Of a DNA stretch of 64,000 nt, positions 25,317 through 35,615 are shown piece after piece. The stretch is taken from assembly GCA_963841195.1 (NCBI GenBank), contig CAWJBX010000014.1, forward strand, positions 335,914 through 399,913, read 5' to 3'. Every line of letters starts with the position of its first letter. Positions within the stretch are counted from its first letter, which is position 1. The DNA comes from an uncultured Actinomycetes bacterium (GTDB lineage: Bacteria > Actinomycetota > Acidimicrobiia > IMCC26256 > PALSA-610). Made by a program: the position numbers and the translations under genes. The notes under the pieces were generated by a model. The model did no database searches and was not told the origin of the DNA. It saw only the letters and a program-made list of their open reading frames with translations.

Positions 25317-28095
25317 TCAGGAAAGTTGCGGACTCCCGACGCGCTTGGGGAGCGCGTCTTTCAAACCGCGGCGCGACGTGATGCCGAGCTTGGTGAACAC
25401 CTTGCCGAGGTGCCATTCCACCGTGCGGGAACTGATGTAGAGCTCGGCCGCGATCTCGGGGTTGGAGCGACCGTCGCGGGCGAGCCGCGCGATGTGTTCT
25501 TCTTGTGGTGTCAGCTCGCTCCGCGTGTCGTCTTGACGCTTGCGGACGTGCTCGCCCGTCGCCGCGAGCTCCAAGCGCGCTCGTTCCGCAAAGCCATCCG
25601 CACCGATCAACACGAACATCTCGTGGGCGGTACGCAAGTGTTCGCGGGCGTCGACGCGACGATGCTCCCGGCGTAGCCATTCGCCGTAAAGCAAATGGGC
25701 ACGGGCCAGTTCGGTTCGAATGCGGGTGCGGCCGAGTCGTTCGATGGCTTCTCGATAGAGGCCGTCGGCGACGTCGCCGACGGCCAGCAACGCCCGCGAA
25801 CGGGCGGCAACACCGAGCCCCCAGTCGCCGCTCTCAGGTTGTACCGCGTCGAGAAATTCGCGGAGCGCGTTGGCGGCCTCGTCGGACTGCCGGCATCGCA
25901 CCGCCGCTTCGATACGTTCGGGAAGCATCCACGTCGAGATGTAGAGCCCCGGGGTCTCGCGGCTTGCAGGCGACGCGGCGCGAAGTGCCTCTGCGTACTG
26001 GCCCGAGCCGTTGTTCAAGATCGCGGAGGTCCAGCGCGCAAGGTCGACGCCGAGGCCTTCGCCTCGTTCGATCGAATCGGAGATGGTCGTCGCGATCAAC
26101 GTCGTCGCGTCCTCGATACGCCCTTGGTACGCGGCAAGCAACATTGCTCCGTACGGCGCGATCTTGGTGCCGGTCGCCTGTTTGAGCGCGTTGTCTTCTT
26201 CGACCAACGCGGTTGCGGTCTCGAAGTCACCGGCCCACACCGCGATCATCGCGTGACCGTTCAACGCAACCGACAACAGCGCGAGCGCACCGACGTCGCG
26301 CGCGTACCTCACTTGGCGGCCGCTTGTTTCGCTCCAACTGTCGAAGTCCCAAAGCGTCACCGCGGCCGACGACGCGAGCACACCCCAATGCAACCAATCG
26401 GCGAGAGCCGCATCACCCTTGACGAGAGCGTCTACAGCGCCGCGCAAGACGGGCGCGGCGGCCGCGCGGCCTTCGGTAATCAAGATCGCGAAGCCGTCGA
26501 GCAAGTCGTCGAACGGTCCCATCGGTTTCGGAGGCCGCGGCGCGGCCTTCGCCGCCCGCGAAACCTCGACGAGGTTGCCGGCTTTGTTTGCGAGATGGCC
26601 GGCGAAGAGCGCAGCCCCCCACGCGTCGAGATAGGTCTGGCGCGCGAGAACGATGTCGAGCGGTTCGAGACGCGCCGCTGCCTTCAAGAGTTGAAAGGGC
26701 GCTTCGCTTCCCGCGCTCGCAGCTGACGCGACCAGACCGCGCAACAACTCGATACGGGCGCGCGTCAATTCCTGCGTTGATTCGAACTCGGCTGCAGTCA
26801 ACAGCGTCGACGCTTCGTCGAAGACGCCCGCTTGCAGTTTCGACTGCGCCGCCGCGAGCCGCCGTTCGACGCGTGCCGCGCCGTCGGGTGTGAGCAGCGC
26901 CGACCGTTCCAACAATGCGGCTGCCGCGGCCAAGCCGCCCCGCGTTTGCGCCCGCCCCGCGCAAAGCTCGAGTTCGGCGGCGATCGCCTCGTCGGGTTCG
27001 GAGGCCGCGTGGGCGCGATGCCACGCGCGCCGATCGGGATCGGTTTCGGCGTCGATCACATCCGCGAGCGCGCGATGCGCGGCTTGGCGGTCGGCTTCGG
27101 ACGCGGCGCGGTATGCCGCCGATCGCACGAGCGGGTGACGGAAGCTCACGCGGACGCCGATTTCGAGGAGTTGTTCGTTCGCGGCGGCGCGCGCCGCATC
27201 CGGATGAATGCCGAGCGCATCGGCGGCGCGCCGCACCGTTGTCGCGTCTCCGACCGAGTCGGCCGCGGCCAACAGCATCAGTTGTTGCGCGGGCGCGGGC
27301 AGCGTGCGTATCCGTTTCACATAGTGGTCTTCGAGCTGCTCGGTAAGGCCGCCCGCGATCGGAAGGCCGAAACCACCTGCAAGTTCGGCGTGGGTCATGC
27401 CGCGCGTGGAGCTCGAGCAACGCGAGCGGGTTGCCGCGCGTATCACTCACGATCCGATCGCGCACACGTTCATCGAGCCGGCCCGGCACGGCGGTGGAGA
27501 GCAACGCGCGTGCGTCGTCTTGCGACAGCCCTTCGACGAGCAGCTCCGGCAGACCGGTGAACGCGCCGGCGGCGCGCCACTCGCGCACGGCGACGATCAT
27601 TCCCACCGACTCCGCCACCAACCGCCGCGCGACGAACCCCAGCACTTGGTGCGACGCGTCGTCGAGCCATTGCGCGTCGTCGATCAGGACGACGAGCGCG
27701 CGTTCTTCCGCGACCTGCGCGATCAACGTCAGTGTGGCGAGGCCGACGAGAAACGGATCGGGTGCGTTTCCGTAGGAAATCCCGAAGGCGGTGGCGAGTG
27801 CGTCACGTTGCGGTTCGGGCAAGGCGTCGAGGGCGTCGAGCATGGGCGCGCACAGCTGATGCAGGGCCGCGTACGCCAACTCCATTTCTGACTCGACGCC
27901 GCTGATCTCCGCGACACGAACCTCCGGGGCCGCGCACTCGGCGGCGTAGCGCAGCAACGCCGATTTGCCCACGCCCGCTTCGCCACGAATTACGAGCGTC
28001 TCGCTGTGACCGGCCCGAACTTCGCGCAGCAGCCGGTCGAGCACCGCACGTTCGTCTTGACGACCGCGCAGCGCCGCGACGGACTCCCCGGCCAT
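25317..28095 (-). CDS. Large ATP-binding LuxR (LAL) regulator 2 (frameshift near 27408)
   Basis: GEAGVGKS, IDDAQWLD, GNPLALLEL in one frame; FRHPL and HTH ISSRTVEWHLGKVFTKL in another. Confidence 0.9.
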
Positions 28096-28351
28096 GTCGA
28101 AAAACTAGTAGCGAATGACGCAATCCGACAGAGCCTCACGTAACGCGCGTCGAGCCGCGCGTGCCGCCGTTCAGGATGCGAACGCGCTTCCTCAGGTATG
28201 CCTAGGGAGATGACGCGCTTCTACGCGTGCACCCCAGTGTGCGCATTCGACACACGGGGGCCCGGGACCAGTGACCGGCCCGGGTGCGACCGGAACCCCG
28301 TGCTGTCAACGTAAGGAGCACATTCCGATCGTTCTTTTCGAGGAGGGCACG

Positions 28352-28753
28352 ATGCTCCGCCGCCGTGAGTCCCGGTCCGCGCCGCCGACAACCGTCGCAC
28401 CGGCGTTCGCGGACTTCCACGAGTGGGTGTTGAGCCTGCCCTGGGTGGTCGAACGGCCGTACAGCGTCGGCACTCCGGGCGTCCGGTGCTTCGCGGTCGA
28501 GTGTGAACCCCTTGCCCGGCACCAGCTCTGGCTGATCACCGGAATCCAACGGCAGCTCGACATGGCCGGCATCGGCCTCGCCGTCATCATTCCGAAAACA
28601 GTTGCGAACGAACTCGAAGCCGCCGACCGCGCCCAGGTCTTGGCGCCGATGGCCGGCCGCAACGTTCTCGTCACCCTGCACGGGGCCGCAATGGGCAGCC
28701 GCCAGGACCTCGAAGCGGTGGTGCTGACCGCCTACGGCTGCGCGCTGGCGTGA
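28352..28753 (+). CDS. Hypothetical protein, paralog of 17538-17918
   Basis: GAGGAGG RBS; full-length alignment with the paralog. Confidence 0.8.
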   Translation: MLRRRESRSAPPTTVAPAFADFHEWVLSLPWVVERPYSVGTPGVRCFAVECEPLARHQLWLITGIQRQLDMAGIGLAVIIPKTVANELEAADRAQVLAPMAGRNVLVTLHGAAMGSRQDLEAVVLTAYGCALA

Positions 28754-28794
28754 GTGCGAAGAACTGCGATGCAAAACGACACCGGGAGGACGAA

Positions 28795-29061
28795 ATGACC
28801 AATGTTGACCTCGAGACGCGTGGCACGCGCCGGCGCCGGCCCGCGATCGGATGGACGAGCCTGACCGAATCGGAACGGGCGCTGGCCGTATTGATTTCCG
28901 AAGGCATGACAAATCGCCAGGCGGCCGAACGGCTCTACATCTCGCGCCACACCGTCGACGCGCACTTGCGGCACATCTTCGCCAAGTTGGGCATCAACTC
29001 GCGCGTGGGTTTGGCGCGACTCGTCGCCGTCCACATGTACGCCGGTGCGGACACGCTGTAG
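28795..29061 (+). CDS. Stand-alone LuxR HTH protein
   Basis: GWTSLTESE..GMTNRQAAERLYISRHTVDAHLRHIFAKL; GGAGG RBS. Confidence 0.9.
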   Translation: MTNVDLETRGTRRRRPAIGWTSLTESERALAVLISEGMTNRQAAERLYISRHTVDAHLRHIFAKLGINSRVGLARLVAVHMYAGADTL

Positions 29062-29161
29062 GGCATCGAGCGGAGAGCTTTACAGGCCGTGACCTGCGGT
29101 GCGCTTGGCGTGACATCAGGTCCCTTGACTAAACCTGACCGCGTCGTCGAGGAGGACGCTG

Positions 29162-31447
29162 ATGTCGAGGTCGCGGCCGAGGATCACACGCACCGCACTG
29201 TTTGCGATCGCGATGAGCATCGCGCTCGTCGTAACCGCCCTGTCAGCAGCACAGGCCTCCGCCGGCCCGTCGACGTTCACGGCGGTCGGGAGTGCCGAGC
29301 AGGTTTACGTCACGGGTCTCGCACCGAACGCGTCGGCGTCGCTCGTGACGCACTCTGGAAAGACGCTTTACACGCAGAACGCCGACCCGCTGGGCGGCTT
29401 GCTGTTCCGCGAAGTGCCGCCCGGAATGGGCTATCGCGTGCGCCGAAACTCCGACGGAACCGAATCCGGTCAGATCACCGTGCACTCGGACGCGGCCATG
29501 CCGTGGCACACGGACTTCTACACGCAACCGATCGCCGACACGGGTTACCAGTACCTCACGACGCGCGACGGAACGCAGCTCGCGGTTGACGTTCACCTGC
29601 CGATCAACGGCGCGACTGCTCCCTACCCGACCTTGGTCGAGTACGCGGGCTACGGCTACGCCGATCCGAACGGACCCGACAGCGGAATTTCGCTGCTCGC
29701 GAACGTCATGGGCTTCGCAGTCGTCGACGTCAACATGCGCGGCACCGGCTGCTCCGGCGGTGCGTTCGACTACTTCGAGAAGTTGCAAGACCTCGACGGC
29801 TACGACGTCATCGAAACGGTCGCGCACCAGCCGTGGGTGAAGAACCACAAGGTCGGCATGATGGGCATCTCCTACGGCGCCATCAGCCAGTTGTTTACCG
29901 CGCAACTCAACCCGCCGGATCTCGCGGCGATCTCTCCGCTGTCGACGATCGACGCAACCGCGAGCACGCTGTATCCCGGCGGCATTTTGAACACCGGCTT
30001 CGCACTGCAATGGGCGCAGGAGCGTATTCACGATGCCGAACCCGCCGGACCGAACACCGGGCAGTCGTGGGCATACAAGCGGATCCAAGCCGGCGACACG
30101 ACGTGCGCGAACAACCAGGTGCTGCACGGTGAAGCCGCCGACCTCAACGCCAAGATCGCGGCCAACACGCATTACACCCCGGCCGTTGCCGACCCGCTCG
30201 ACCCGGTGACGTTCGTGAAGAACATCAAGGCGCCGGTGTTCCTGGCTTGCCAGTGGCAGGACGAACAAACGGGCGGTCACTGCCCCGACCTCGTGCAGCA
30301 TTTCACCGGGACGAACCAGAAGTGGTTCACGTTCACGAACGGCGTGCACGGCGATTCGCTCGACCCGGCGACGTTCAACCGCTGGTACGACTTCTTGGAG
30401 CTGTTCGTCGCGCAGCAAGCGCCGAAGACGAACGCGGCGTTCCCACGGTTTGCGGCGCCGATCGTCTATCAAACCGCGTTGGGTGTGCCGAGCGGCGACT
30501 CGATCACGCTGCCGCCGGATCCGATTCAATCGATTCCGACGTATAACGACGCGTTGGCCGCGTTCGAGAAGCTCCCGCGCGTGCGCGTGCTCTTCGACAA
30601 CGGCGCCGGCCAATCGCCGACGAACAACGCGCAACCTGGCGATCCGTACGCGGGTTACGAGCAAGACTTCTCGACGCTTCCCATTCCGGGAACGATTGCG
30701 CGCACGTGGTTCTTCGGGCGCGGTGGCACCCTCACCGGCCTCCCGTCCTGGGTACCTTCGCGAAGCACGTTCACAGCGAACGCGAACGCGGTACCGCTCA
30801 CCGACTACACCGGCGGCACCGGCTCGGGTGGCTTGTGGGGCAACGCTTCCCAGTGGACATGGAACTGGCAGCAGAACCCGAAAGGCACGTCAGCGTCGTA
30901 CGTTTCCGCGCCCCTGACTGGGAACACGACGGTGATCGGCGGAGGCGCCGTCTACCTGTGGGTGAAGTCGTCGACACCCGATGTCGACCTGCAGGCGACG
31001 GTCAGCGAAGTGCGGCCCGACGGCAACGAGACCTTCGTGCAGAACGGTTGGTTGCGTGCGAGCGAACGCAAGCTCTCGTTCGGTTCGAACAACATGTTCA
31101 AGCAACCGAGCACGTACGTCGACCCGATCCCGACGTTCACGGCGTCCGACGCGGCTCCCATGCCGAAGGGCAGGTACGCGCTGGTGACAATTCCGTTGTA
31201 CTTCGAAGGCCACGCGTATCGCGCGGGGTCGCGCATCCGGGTGACGATTGCAGCACCGAACGGCACGCAACCGGTGTGGTCGTTTGGGCAGACCGTTCCG
31301 TCGGGCACTGCGAAGGTGTCGATCACGTCTTCGTTGTTCGCGCCCTCGAGCCTGGTGCTCCCGGTCGTTCCCGGCGTGAGCGTTCCGACGCCGCTTCCGT
31401 CGTGTTCGAGCTTGCGCAACGAACCGTGCCGGACGTACGTGCGGTAA
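29162..31447 (+). CDS. Secreted CocE/NonD family hydrolase (peptidase S15)
   Basis: Signal peptide, TRDGT.L, NMRGTGCSGG, GISYG, C-terminal HAYRAGSRIR. Confidence 0.9.
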   Translation: MSRSRPRITRTALFAIAMSIALVVTALSAAQASAGPSTFTAVGSAEQVYVTGLAPNASASLVTHSGKTLYTQNADPLGGLLFREVPPGMGYRVRRNSDGTESGQITVHSDAAMPWHTDFYTQPIADTGYQYLTTRDGTQLAVDVHLPINGATAPYPTLVEYAGYGYADPNGPDSGISLLANVMGFAVVDVNMRGTGCSGGAFDYFEKLQDLDGYDVIETVAHQPWVKNHKVGMMGISYGAISQLFTAQLNPPDLAAISPLSTIDATASTLYPGGILNTGFALQWAQERIHDAEPAGPNTGQSWAYKRIQAGDTTCANNQVLHGEAADLNAKIAANTHYTPAVADPLDPVTFVKNIKAPVFLACQWQDEQTGGHCPDLVQHFTGTNQKWFTFTNGVHGDSLDPATFNRWYDFLELFVAQQAPKTNAAFPRFAAPIVYQTALGVPSGDSITLPPDPIQSIPTYNDALAAFEKLPRVRVLFDNGAGQSPTNNAQPGDPYAGYEQDFSTLPIPGTIARTWFFGRGGTLTGLPSWVPSRSTFTANANAVPLTDYTGGTGSGGLWGNASQWTWNWQQNPKGTSASYVSAPLTGNTTVIGGGAVYLWVKSSTPDVDLQATVSEVRPDGNETFVQNGWLRASERKLSFGSNNMFKQPSTYVDPIPTFTASDAAPMPKGRYALVTIPLYFEGHAYRAGSRIRVTIAAPNGTQPVWSFGQTVPSGTAKVSITSSLFAPSSLVLPVVPGVSVPTPLPSCSSLRNEPCRTYVR

Positions 31448-31448
31448 G

Positions 31449-31973
31449 TCAGCGCTCGTCGTCGCCGGGGGGCTCGGCCGTAAACCGTTCGGCGCGCTGA
31501 AGGAGCTCGTCGTGATCGTCGAGGTATTCGGGAACGAACTCGCGCCACGAACGCGGCTGCTCCCCTGCGATCTGGCGAACGATCTCGGCCAGGAACCACA
31601 GCCAGAACGCGCGCATTTCGTCGGTCGGGGGCGGCGTCAACAGGTCGCCCGAGCGGCAGTACGCGTCGACCTCGAGGAGTACCGGCGCCATCGCGACCGT
31701 GTCTTCCAACAACGTTTCGGGCACGTACAACGTGAAGTCCATGAACTCCTGGTTGCGCGCGAATCCGGCGTCGACGGCCGCATCAGCCTCCGGATTGAGC
31801 CCGCCGTAGCGTTCGTTGTGTTGCCGTGCGATCTCGAGGAGACGCGCCGGCACGTCGGCCCCGTCTCCCCCGCCGAGCGCGATGATCGCGAACTCACGCG
31901 ACAGCGATTCGGCATGCTGGCGTACCCTCAGCGCCACCCGCAGCGGGAAGTCGACGATGCGTACTTCTCTCAC
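31449..31973 (-). CDS. Hypothetical protein
   Basis: Helical ORF with good codon usage; TAGGCT upstream. Confidence 0.75.
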   Translation of the reverse strand: MREVRIVDFPLRVALRVRQHAESLSREFAIIALGGGDGADVPARLLEIARQHNERYGGLNPEADAAVDAGFARNQEFMDFTLYVPETLLEDTVAMAPVLLEVDAYCRSGDLLTPPPTDEMRAFWLWFLAEIVRQIAGEQPRSWREFVPEYLDDHDELLQRAERFTAEPPGDDER

Positions 31974-32202
31974 GCGCGCCGAAGCCTAGAAGAGCCGCCT
32001 CCCACTGGCGAGGGGCCGCTTTCCGTTCCGGATTTCCTACGAAGACGAATCAGTCGTTGATCGTCGCCGTTGCGCTCGTCGATGAGTGGAGGAACTCGAT
32101 GCGCTTGAGGGCTGCGCGTGCCGCCGCACCGCTCCGCCAACCCCAGCGTAACGCGAGGGAGGGGGCTTGCTGCAAGGAATCGAATCGTGCTCACCATGAC
32201 GA

Positions 32203-33639
32203 GTGAACACGGAACACGCGGTTGTGATCGCGGGCGCTGGTCCGACCGGTTTGATGCTGGCGGCCGAACTCACGTTGGCAGGGATCGACGTCGTCGTCGT
32301 CGAACCCCGCGCCACGCAGGAACTCGACGGATCGCGCGCCGGTGGATTGATGTCGCGCACGATCGAAGTCCTCGATCAGCGCGGTATTGCGGAACGATTC
32401 CTTTCTGAAGGCCAAATCGTTCAGCCGGTGGTCGACGTCAGCGAGTTCCCGACGCGCCACAACTACGGGTTGGCGCTGTGGCAACGCGACTTCGAGCGCA
32501 TCCTCGCGCAATGGGTCGACGAACTCGGCGTGCCGATCATGCGCAGCCGCGCGGTCGTCGGCTTCGCGCAGGACGACAACGGTGTCGACATCGAGATCTC
32601 GGACGGCACCGCGTTGCGCGCGGAGTATCTCGTCGGCTGCGACGGTGGGCGCAGCATCGTCCGCAAGGGCGCCGGCATCGACTTTCCCGGCGTCGACCCG
32701 TCGACAAGTTGGATGATCGCCGAAGTTGCACTCCACGATCCCCAACTCGGACCACGACGCGAGGGCGGTGGAATCGGACCAGTACACCGAGAAGCGGGCG
32801 GCGGCCCGTACCGCATTGTGCTTCCTGAGCGGTACGACGAACACGCACCCGAACCAACGCTGCCCGACCTCAAGGCCGCGCTTGTCGACTCGTACGGCTC
32901 TGACTTCGGCGCGCACGATCCCACCTGGATTTCGCGGTTCACCGACATGACGCGCCAAGCAGCGTCGTATCGGGCGTGGCGTGTGCTCCTCGCGGGCGAC
33001 GCCGCCCACGTTCATCCGCCCCAAGGTGGTCAGGGCCTCAACGTCGGCGTGCAGGACGCGGTGAACCTCGGATGGAAGTTGGGTCAGGTGGTTCACGACG
33101 TCTCACCCGAAGCGTTGCTCGACACGTACCACGCGGAACGGCATCCGATCGGCGCCCGAGTGCAGCGCTACACGATGGCACGCGTCGCGCTCGACACTCC
33201 CGACGAACGCCACCAAGCCCTGCGCGACACGATGAGCGAACTGCTGGCGCTGGACGAACCGCGCATCCGCAACGCCGGAATGCTTTCCGGCCTCGACATC
33301 CACTACGACCTCGGAGCCGGCCACCCGCTGCTCGGACGCCGCATGCCCGACCTCGACCTCACAACACCCGAGGGCCCGACGCGGGTGTACATGTTCATGC
33401 ACGACGCGCGACCGCTGTTGCTCAGCCTCGGCAATCCCAACGCTTTCGACGTTGCGTCGTTGCCGAAGCACGTTCGCTTCGTGGCCGCGCGCCACGACGG
33501 CCGGTTGGAACTCCCGGTTATCGGATCGGTCGAAGCGCCCGCGGCTGTCCTCGTCCGGCCCGACGGTTATGTCGCGTGGACCGGCGACCTCACCGACGCC
33601 GCGCTGCCCGATGCAGTCACGGCGTGGTTCGGCCGCTGA
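32203..33639 (+). CDS. FAD-dependent monooxygenase (aromatic hydroxylase type)
   Basis: GAGPTG, GCDGGRS, LAGDAAH..GGQGLN, LVRPDGYVAW. Confidence 0.93.
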   Translation: MNTEHAVVIAGAGPTGLMLAAELTLAGIDVVVVEPRATQELDGSRAGGLMSRTIEVLDQRGIAERFLSEGQIVQPVVDVSEFPTRHNYGLALWQRDFERILAQWVDELGVPIMRSRAVVGFAQDDNGVDIEISDGTALRAEYLVGCDGGRSIVRKGAGIDFPGVDPSTSWMIAEVALHDPQLGPRREGGGIGPVHREAGGGPYRIVLPERYDEHAPEPTLPDLKAALVDSYGSDFGAHDPTWISRFTDMTRQAASYRAWRVLLAGDAAHVHPPQGGQGLNVGVQDAVNLGWKLGQVVHDVSPEALLDTYHAERHPIGARVQRYTMARVALDTPDERHQALRDTMSELLALDEPRIRNAGMLSGLDIHYDLGAGHPLLGRRMPDLDLTTPEGPTRVYMFMHDARPLLLSLGNPNAFDVASLPKHVRFVAARHDGRLELPVIGSVEAPAAVLVRPDGYVAWTGDLTDAALPDAVTAWFGR

Positions 33640-33645
33640 GCGTCG

Positions 33646-34614
33646 TTACGGAACTCGTTGCATCCAGTAGAGCCCGGCCGCGCTCGTCGCGAGTGCGAGC
33701 AGGAACCCGATCACGAGGAACCATTCCGTGATGTCGTGCTTCACGACGGTGTACCCGACGAAACTGCGGATGCGGTTGTAAATCGAGTTCAGTTCGCTGC
33801 CGTTCGTCGCGGTGAACGACTTGCCGCCGCTGCCCGACGCGATCCGCGCCATCTCGCCGGGGTCGGCCGGCACCGGAATCTCTTGGCCGTCGGTCGTGAC
33901 GACACCCTGATCGGTACCGAACGCAATCGTGTCGATCGCGACATTGGCCTTTTTGGCGGCGGCCGACGCCGCGTCAGCAGAGGCGACCGGGTCTTGACCG
34001 TTCTCGCCGATTGTCGGCGAGCCGTCGCTCATGAGCACGATCGCACCCGGGATCTTGTGACCCTTGGCATCGGGCGGTACCGAGTTGATCGCGGCGAGCG
34101 ACTGCGTGATGGCCGAAGCAGTGGCAGTTCCGCCGCCGACGGTCATGCTGTCGATCGCGCTGTTGACCACACCGCGGTCGGCAACCGGCGACACCAGCAA
34201 ACGCGCGGTCGTGTCGAACTGGACGAGGCCGATCTTCAGACCCTTCGGCACTCCGTTCACGAAGTTCTTCGCGGCGGCCTGCGCGGCGACGAGCCGGCTG
34301 GGTGCCACGTCGGTCGCCGACATCGAGCCCGACGTGTCGATCGCGAGCATGATCGTGCCGTCCTGCTTCGGCACCCGGGAGGTCCGCGCCGGCTTCGCCA
34401 GCGTCACCACCAATGCGCTGAGTGCAAGCAGCATGAACACCGCGGACACGTGTCGCTGCCAGCCGGCGCGTTTCGGCGCGACCGACGCGAGGAGGTCGAC
34501 GCTCGTGAAACGCAACGTGTATCGAGTGCGCGTGAGTTGCACGGCGAGATAGCCGATGGCAACTGCCGCGACGGCGATGAGCAGGACGAGCCAGCCCGGT
34601 TTGAGAAGAGTCAA
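33646..34614 (-). CDS. VWA domain membrane protein
   Basis: MIDAS DTSGSM, LMSDG, TM helices at both ends. Confidence 0.92.
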   Translation of the reverse strand: MTLLKPGWLVLLIAVAAVAIGYLAVQLTRTRYTLRFTSVDLLASVAPKRAGWQRHVSAVFMLLALSALVVTLAKPARTSRVPKQDGTIMLAIDTSGSMSATDVAPSRLVAAQAAAKNFVNGVPKGLKIGLVQFDTTARLLVSPVADRGVVNSAIDSMTVGGGTATASAITQSLAAINSVPPDAKGHKIPGAIVLMSDGSPTIGENGQDPVASADAASAAAKKANVAIDTIAFGTDQGVVTTDGQEIPVPADPGEMARIASGSGGKSFTATNGSELNSIYNRIRSFVGYTVVKHDITEWFLVIGFLLALATSAAGLYWMQRVP

Positions 34615-35615
34615 CGCAATGCTCCTGATTGCGCGGCGCGCAAGCGCCGGTCACGAGAGGGATCGGCGACACGACCGAACGTGCGCCGCCGCACGACAAA
34701 GCGTGCGATGTCGAAAAGCCAGTCACCGGCGGTCGAGAGCACGAGATGATCGGCTCCCGCACCGGTGATCGTCGCCGCGATCGTGCGCTGCCGTTCTTCC
34801 GCGGCTTGCGCATACCGTTCGCGGAAGGTGCGGGAGTTCGTCTGCACACGAATTTCGCGGCCCGTCTCCGGGTCGGCCAGCGTGAGCATGCCCATTGCGG
34901 GAAGTTCCGCTTCACGCGGGTCGGTGATCTGCACGGCCAAGACGTCGTGGTGGTAAGCGAGACGCCGAAGATGCGGTGCCCACGTGCCGTCGTCGAGGAA
35001 GTCCGAGACCACGACGATGAGACCGCGCCGGAGATGCCCGCGCTCGAGCACGCGCAACGCGGCGGTGAGGTCTTGCCCCTCGGGCGATGACGGCGCGGGC
35101 GTTGCCGCGTTCTCCGTGGCTTTCGTGTCGTAGACGCGCGAGAGCGTGGCAAGCAACGCGGTGCGGGTCGACGACGGACCGAGCCGGCGGATCGGTCCGT
35201 TGCCCGCGGTCATGACGCCGAACTTGTTGCCCTGCTGCGCGTTCAAAAAACCGAACGCGGCCACGGCCGCAAACGCGACATCGGCCTTTTCGTGTTGCAC
35301 CGTGCCGAAGTCCATGCTCGACGACTGGTCGACGACAACCCACGTCTGCAACTCGCGGTCGGCATCCGTCGTGCGGATGAACGGTGCGAGCGAGCGGGCG
35401 CTGAGGTTCCAGTCGATGCGGCGCGCGTCGTCGCCGGCTTCGTAGGCACGCGTCCCGGCGAAGTCGGTACCCGGCCCGGGCTGGATGCCGCGAAATTCGC
35501 CGCGCAACAACCCGTCGAGCCGGCGCGTGATCAGCAGTTCGAGGCGGCGGAGTTCCGACGCCTTCGACGCAACGCGCGCGACGTTGACCGATGAGCGGGT
35601 GGAGTTCGAGCTCAC
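34611..35615 (-). CDS. DUF58 protein
   Basis: RAYEAGDDARRIDWNLSAR, VDQSSSMDFG, VVSDF; GTGA overlap with moxR. Confidence 0.9.
   Translation of the reverse strand: MSSNSTRSSVNVARVASKASELRRLELLITRRLDGLLRGEFRGIQPGPGTDFAGTRAYEAGDDARRIDWNLSARSLAPFIRTTDADRELQTWVVVDQSSSMDFGTVQHEKADVAFAAVAAFGFLNAQQGNKFGVMTAGNGPIRRLGPSSTRTALLATLSRVYDTKATENAATPAPSSPEGQDLTAALRVLERGHLRRGLIVVVSDFLDDGTWAPHLRRLAYHHDVLAVQITDPREAELPAMGMLTLADPETGREIRVQTNSRTFRERYAQAAEERQRTIAATITGAGADHLVLSTAGDWLFDIARFVVRRRTFGRVADPSRDRRLRAAQSGALR

Noticed and set aside
28096-28351. LuxR box upstream of the second orphan paralog
   Set aside because: Only partial matches (ccgggt-gcga 21 nt before CAACGT; isolated ctacg and ctcacg), so not counted
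29116-29138. TCAGGT-N11-ACCTGA inverted repeat before the CocE gene
   Set aside because: Single short instance, could be chance
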